From assembly GCA_044222475.1 (NCBI GenBank), contig JBGANF010000012.1, forward strand, positions 1-64,000: a stretch of 64,000 bases of DNA. Direction: 5' to 3'. Shown here piece after piece: positions 60,295-64,000 of this stretch. This stretch comes from Polyangiaceae bacterium (GTDB lineage: Bacteria; Myxococcota_A; Polyangia; Polyangiales; Polyangiaceae). Made by a program: the position numbers and the translations under genes. The notes under the pieces were generated by a model. That model was given only the letters and a program-made list of their open reading frames with translations. It made no database searches and was not told the DNA's origin. The stretch's first letter is position 1. Each line of letters starts with the position of its first letter.

Positions 60295-61827
60295 CTAGTA
60301 GCAGTCGTGCTCGCAGCTCGGGACCGGAGTCTTCGAGCGAAAGCGGATGGTGAAGTCGCACGACGCCGGATCGCTCGCGAAGCAGTAGTCCTCCTGCGCG
60401 TAGAGCTTGCCGCCGACATCGGCCGCCGGGAGGCGCACGCGGAGAATCAGCGTCTTGCCGTCCGGCAGGATGCCCACGTCCCTCAGGCTCTTGCCGAGGT
60501 CGACGGTGGTCTTCGACGCGAGATCGATCGCGAAGAGCTGTCCACCGAGCCCGTCCGACTGGACCTTGAGCGTGTAGACCTTGCCGTCCTTGCTCTGGAC
60601 GAATCGATCCAGCGCGGCGCCGGGGCCCTGGAACGCGGTGAAGGAGCGGGTCTTGAGATCGAAGTACCCGAAGGGCGACTTCACGCCGCCGAAGACGCCG
60701 GCCTCGGCGACGAGTCCGTCGGGCCCGAGCGTCACGTTGGCGTACGCACCGCCGCGCGGCATCTTGACGGTCGCGTCGACGAGGAGACCCGAGCCGTCGA
60801 GCGTCATCGCGAAGCGCGGGAGCGCGCCGCCGATCGGCGAGAGGCTGAACTCGAGCGACTTCGGGTCGATCACCATGAGGTGGAACTGGTCGCCGAACCG
60901 GCTCGGAACCTGCGACGGGTTCTTGAACATCGACGAGTCCATGCGCTTGGTGTCGAGGTACGCGACGACCCGTGAGCCATCTTTCGACATGGCGACCGGA
61001 CCGAACCCGGGGAGGTTCTCGCGGAAGCGCGGGCCTGCCGGCTCGAGCTCGATGACGCTCACCGGGTCGGGGTTCGTCCACTGGCCGTTCGGGTTCGTCG
61101 CCTGGCCCTCCTCGCAGTACGTCGGCGAGAGGAACGCGCGCGAGCGATCGGGGAGCACGGCGATCGGAGCGTCGCAGTTTGGAACGTCGATCGGCAGCGC
61201 GGCGAGCGTACCGAGGTCGACCTGCACGACCGCCGTCGCCGGCTTGTGATCGGTCCACCGAACGCTGCCCACCACGAGCGCTTCGTCGTTGCCGACGAAC
61301 GCGACGTCGGTCGCCGCGCTGCCGATCGGGACGGCGCCGCGAATCGATCCGGTGACCGCGTCGAGGACGAGCACGCGATCGAGGTCACCGAGCACGAGCG
61401 TCGAGTCGTCTTCGTTCGCGCGCATCAGGAGCGCACCTTCGGTGGCCTTGAACGCGGGGGTCGCGCTCCACAGCTGCTTCACGCCCGCGTCGAGGTCGAA
61501 CGCTACGATCCCGGCGCGGTTCGGCTTCACGGCGACGAGCGTGTGCTTCGTCTTGCCGAACAGGAAGCGCTCGCCTTGGAATGGCAGCTCCGTCGCCGTG
61601 CGCTGCTTCACGTCGACGAGGACCGAAACGGTGTTGCGCTGCATGACCGCGTACGCGCCGTCAGGCGAGACGATCATCGCCCCGGTGAGGAGCACGTCGC
61701 CGTTTTGGCCACCGGTCGTGCGATCGTTGGGGTTCGCGCCGCCCTGTCCGTTCATCGGACCGCAGGCGACGGCGGCGAGCGAGGCGAGTCCCAGGGTGGC
61801 GAGGCGAAGAAAGGAGCGGGTGCGCAT
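60295..61827 (-). CDS. YncE/YVTN-like beta-propeller lipoprotein
   Basis: AVAC lipobox; SPDG, LPDR, SKDG and LPDG blade motifs. Confidence 0.75.
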   Translation of the reverse strand: MRTRSFLRLATLGLASLAAVACGPMNGQGGANPNDRTTGGQNGDVLLTGAMIVSPDGAYAVMQRNTVSVLVDVKQRTATELPFQGERFLFGKTKHTLVAVKPNRAGIVAFDLDAGVKQLWSATPAFKATEGALLMRANEDDSTLVLGDLDRVLVLDAVTGSIRGAVPIGSAATDVAFVGNDEALVVGSVRWTDHKPATAVVQVDLGTLAALPIDVPNCDAPIAVLPDRSRAFLSPTYCEEGQATNPNGQWTNPDPVSVIELEPAGPRFRENLPGFGPVAMSKDGSRVVAYLDTKRMDSSMFKNPSQVPSRFGDQFHLMVIDPKSLEFSLSPIGGALPRFAMTLDGSGLLVDATVKMPRGGAYANVTLGPDGLVAEAGVFGGVKSPFGYFDLKTRSFTAFQGPGAALDRFVQSKDGKVYTLKVQSDGLGGQLFAIDLASKTTVDLGKSLRDVGILPDGKTLILRVRLPAADVGGKLYAQEDYCFASDPASCDFTIRFRSKTPVPSCEHDCY

Positions 61828-61972
61828 GCCAGACCGACGACCGCTCACGCCCCATCATTCAGGGAAAATTCGGCCGAAATGCAGAATGATCTCCAAGGTG
61901 AACGGGGGTCCACAAACGGGGGTGTGAACCGCTGACTACTGCGCTACCGTCGCACCTCCTGGGAGGTTCGAG

Positions 61973-62635
61973 ATGAAGCTTTGGACTGCGTTCGTTCTGC
62001 TCGCTGGGGCAACTGGCCTCGCTACCGCGTTCGCCTGTGGGGGCGATACTCCACCCGCGAAGACCCCCGATCCCAACGCGTCGGCCAGCACGGCCGCGAG
62101 CGACGCACCCGCATCGTCCAGCGCAGTCCCGGCCGCGTCGAGCGCGGCGACTCCCCCGCCGAAGCCGGCGCTCAAAGGGACGATCGTGTCGTTCGCGCGC
62201 TCGGCGAAGTCGGGCACGGTCGACCTCGTCGGCGAGAAGGACGGCAACCTCAAGCCCGACGGCGTCAAGGACACCGTGTTCGACCTCGAGTACGACGGCG
62301 CTCCGGTGACCGCGCTCCTCGTGATGACGACCGACGCGGAAGGGACGCTCACCAGTGAGTTCGATGCGGACACCCTCGTCGGTGACCAGACGATCCCGAG
62401 CGAGGTCGCCGGCATCCTCAACCAAGGCAAGACCACCTACGCGCTCGGCGTCTACGAGGCCGACAAGCTCCTCAACGGCAAGGACGGCTCTCTCGCCGCG
62501 CCGATCGCCGAAGGTCGGCACAAGCTCGCGCTGCACATCTCGAGCAAGAGCTTCCCGAAGGCACCGGTGAAGGTCTTCGTGCTCCTCATCGACGGCACCC
62601 TGCTCAAGGGTCCGATGGTCGCGCCGCCGAAGTGA
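61973..62635 (+). CDS. Putative lipoprotein
   Basis: AFAC lipobox, Ala/Ser/Pro linker, beta-rich domain; GGAGG SD. Confidence 0.75.
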   Translation: MKLWTAFVLLAGATGLATAFACGGDTPPAKTPDPNASASTAASDAPASSSAVPAASSAATPPPKPALKGTIVSFARSAKSGTVDLVGEKDGNLKPDGVKDTVFDLEYDGAPVTALLVMTTDAEGTLTSEFDADTLVGDQTIPSEVAGILNQGKTTYALGVYEADKLLNGKDGSLAAPIAEGRHKLALHISSKSFPKAPVKVFVLLIDGTLLKGPMVAPPK

Positions 62636-62644
62636 TCTGCACGT

Positions 62645-63871
62645 TCAGAACGTGAGCGACGCCGCGCCGCCGACGAATCCCGGTCCGAACGCAGGCGCGA
62701 ACCCCACCTCGACCGGCTCCACCTTGCGCGATGGTCCCGTTTTGGGACCATCGTCGCGACGTGGTGCCGTGCCGACGTGCGGCGCATCGAACACCCAGAG
62801 GACGAGCCCGGCGGCGAGGAGCGCCGCGCCGGCGCCGAAGCCGACGATCGACGCCGTGGTCCACGACGCACGCGCCTTGCGTGCGGAGTCGTAGCGGTCG
62901 AGATCGTTCGGCGTGAGCGCGTTCACGCCTTGCTGCTCGAGGATGTTCGTCGCCTTCGCCTCCTGGACGAGGGCCACCGTCATGAACGCACCGCCCGCGA
63001 CCACGGCCGCGACGCCGGAGAGGAGCACCACCGTCGCCGTCGTTCGTTGTCTGCTGCCCGGCAGCGTGGCGTCGAGAGTCTTCTTCTCGCCGCGGGCGAC
63101 CGTCACCTCTTGGGCGAACGCCTCGCGCCCGTTCTTCGTGACCGTGATCCAGTGTGCTCCGGCCGTGAGCGACAATGGGCGAGCGAGCGGCGTCGTGCCT
63201 TCGGTGCGCCCGTCGACGTCGACCTTGGCGCCGGCGTCCGTCTTCAGGGTGATCTCCGCCGGTTGCTCGCGCAGCGGGACGTCCTGCGCGATCATCGTTC
63301 CGTCGACCGCGGTGACGTCGCGAAGCTCGTCGATGAACCCTTCGGCGAAGATCCGGACCTTGTGCGCGCCGGGCGCGACCGGTCCGATCAGCGGCGCGTC
63401 GACCGGTGCCGCCCCATCGAGGGACACCTTCGCGTTCGGCGTCCCGGACGAGTTGATCGAGAGACGCGCCGGCTCCTTCGCCTTCGGACCTTCACTGGAC
63501 CCTCCGCCGAGCCGTTCGGCGAGTGGCGCGAGCTCCGCGAGCGCTTGCGACGCGTCGGCGCGGCGGTTCCCCTGGGGAGCATCCGCGATGTACTTCCGGT
63601 AGAGCTCGACCGCGGCGCGAAGGTGCTCCGCTTTGCCGTCGACGTAGTACTGGCGCCGGTGCGCCTGGGCGAGCGAGAACATGATCGCCGGCCGCGGCGC
63701 GAGCTTCTGCGCGCCCTCGAACGCCTGGATGGCACCGATGAAGTCGCCCTTCTCGTAAGCGCTCGCGCCAGCGGCGAACAGCGACTTCGCTTGCTCGACG
63801 TCGTCGGCGCGAGCGGGGACCGCGAGCGCGAGCGCGATCATCGACGCGGTGACGATCAGCGCGCGCTTCAC
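62645..63871 (-). CDS. TPR + tandem PEGA domain protein
   Basis: Signal peptide, TPR helices, VAPGAHKV and GTTPL...AGAH PEGA motifs, terminal Phe. Confidence 0.85.
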   Translation of the reverse strand: MKRALIVTASMIALALAVPARADDVEQAKSLFAAGASAYEKGDFIGAIQAFEGAQKLAPRPAIMFSLAQAHRRQYYVDGKAEHLRAAVELYRKYIADAPQGNRRADASQALAELAPLAERLGGGSSEGPKAKEPARLSINSSGTPNAKVSLDGAAPVDAPLIGPVAPGAHKVRIFAEGFIDELRDVTAVDGTMIAQDVPLREQPAEITLKTDAGAKVDVDGRTEGTTPLARPLSLTAGAHWITVTKNGREAFAQEVTVARGEKKTLDATLPGSRQRTTATVVLLSGVAAVVAGGAFMTVALVQEAKATNILEQQGVNALTPNDLDRYDSARKARASWTTASIVGFGAGAALLAAGLVLWVFDAPHVGTAPRRDDGPKTGPSRKVEPVEVGFAPAFGPGFVGGAASLTF

Positions 63872-64000
63872 GGGACCTCCGCGACGCCGAGGTGAATCTC
63901 GACCGACGACCCGTGCGACACGATCAGATCGTCCACGCCGTCGCCGTTGACGTCCGCGCCGAGCGCGTCGACGACCGGCGCGCCGCTCAGCGCAAGAGCC
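63868..64000 (-). CDS. 3' end of an FG-GAP/VCBS-repeat protein (runs off the window)
   Basis: ADVNGDGVDDLIV motif; stop overlaps the next GTG (GTGA). Confidence 0.65.
   Translation of the reverse strand, partial: ALALSGAPVVDALGADVNGDGVDDLIVSHGSSVEIHLGVAEVP

Overview
GC-rich, densely coding chromosomal window. It looks myxobacterial, probably Polyangiales (inferred from a MYXO-CTERM-like tail, Ser/Thr kinase-PEGA modules and about 20 predicted lipoproteins). It encodes a TRAP/TPAT transporter operon, two Hanks kinases, a membrane-anchored ECF sigma factor, an orphan HigA, an RRM RNA-binding protein operon, adaA-alkA/ogt alkylation repair, a LysR/DoxX pair, a hydroxyacid-oxoacid transhydrogenase flanked by thioesterases, a DTW protein, a class III cyclase, MscS and a Ski2-like helicase. 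I saw no rRNA, tRNA, CRISPR array, transposase or integrase. The most unusual item is a four-helix-bundle (IVS/Avd-like) gene enclosed by inverted hexamer arrays (39215-39938). Related gene-less repeats lie at 8254-8284 and 10709-10822. There is also a recurring leaderless-promoter signature (TAnnnT-N6-8-start), including a symmetric bidirectional example at 43589/43609, and several unusual domain fusions. All product calls come from recognising motifs by eye; no database searches were run.
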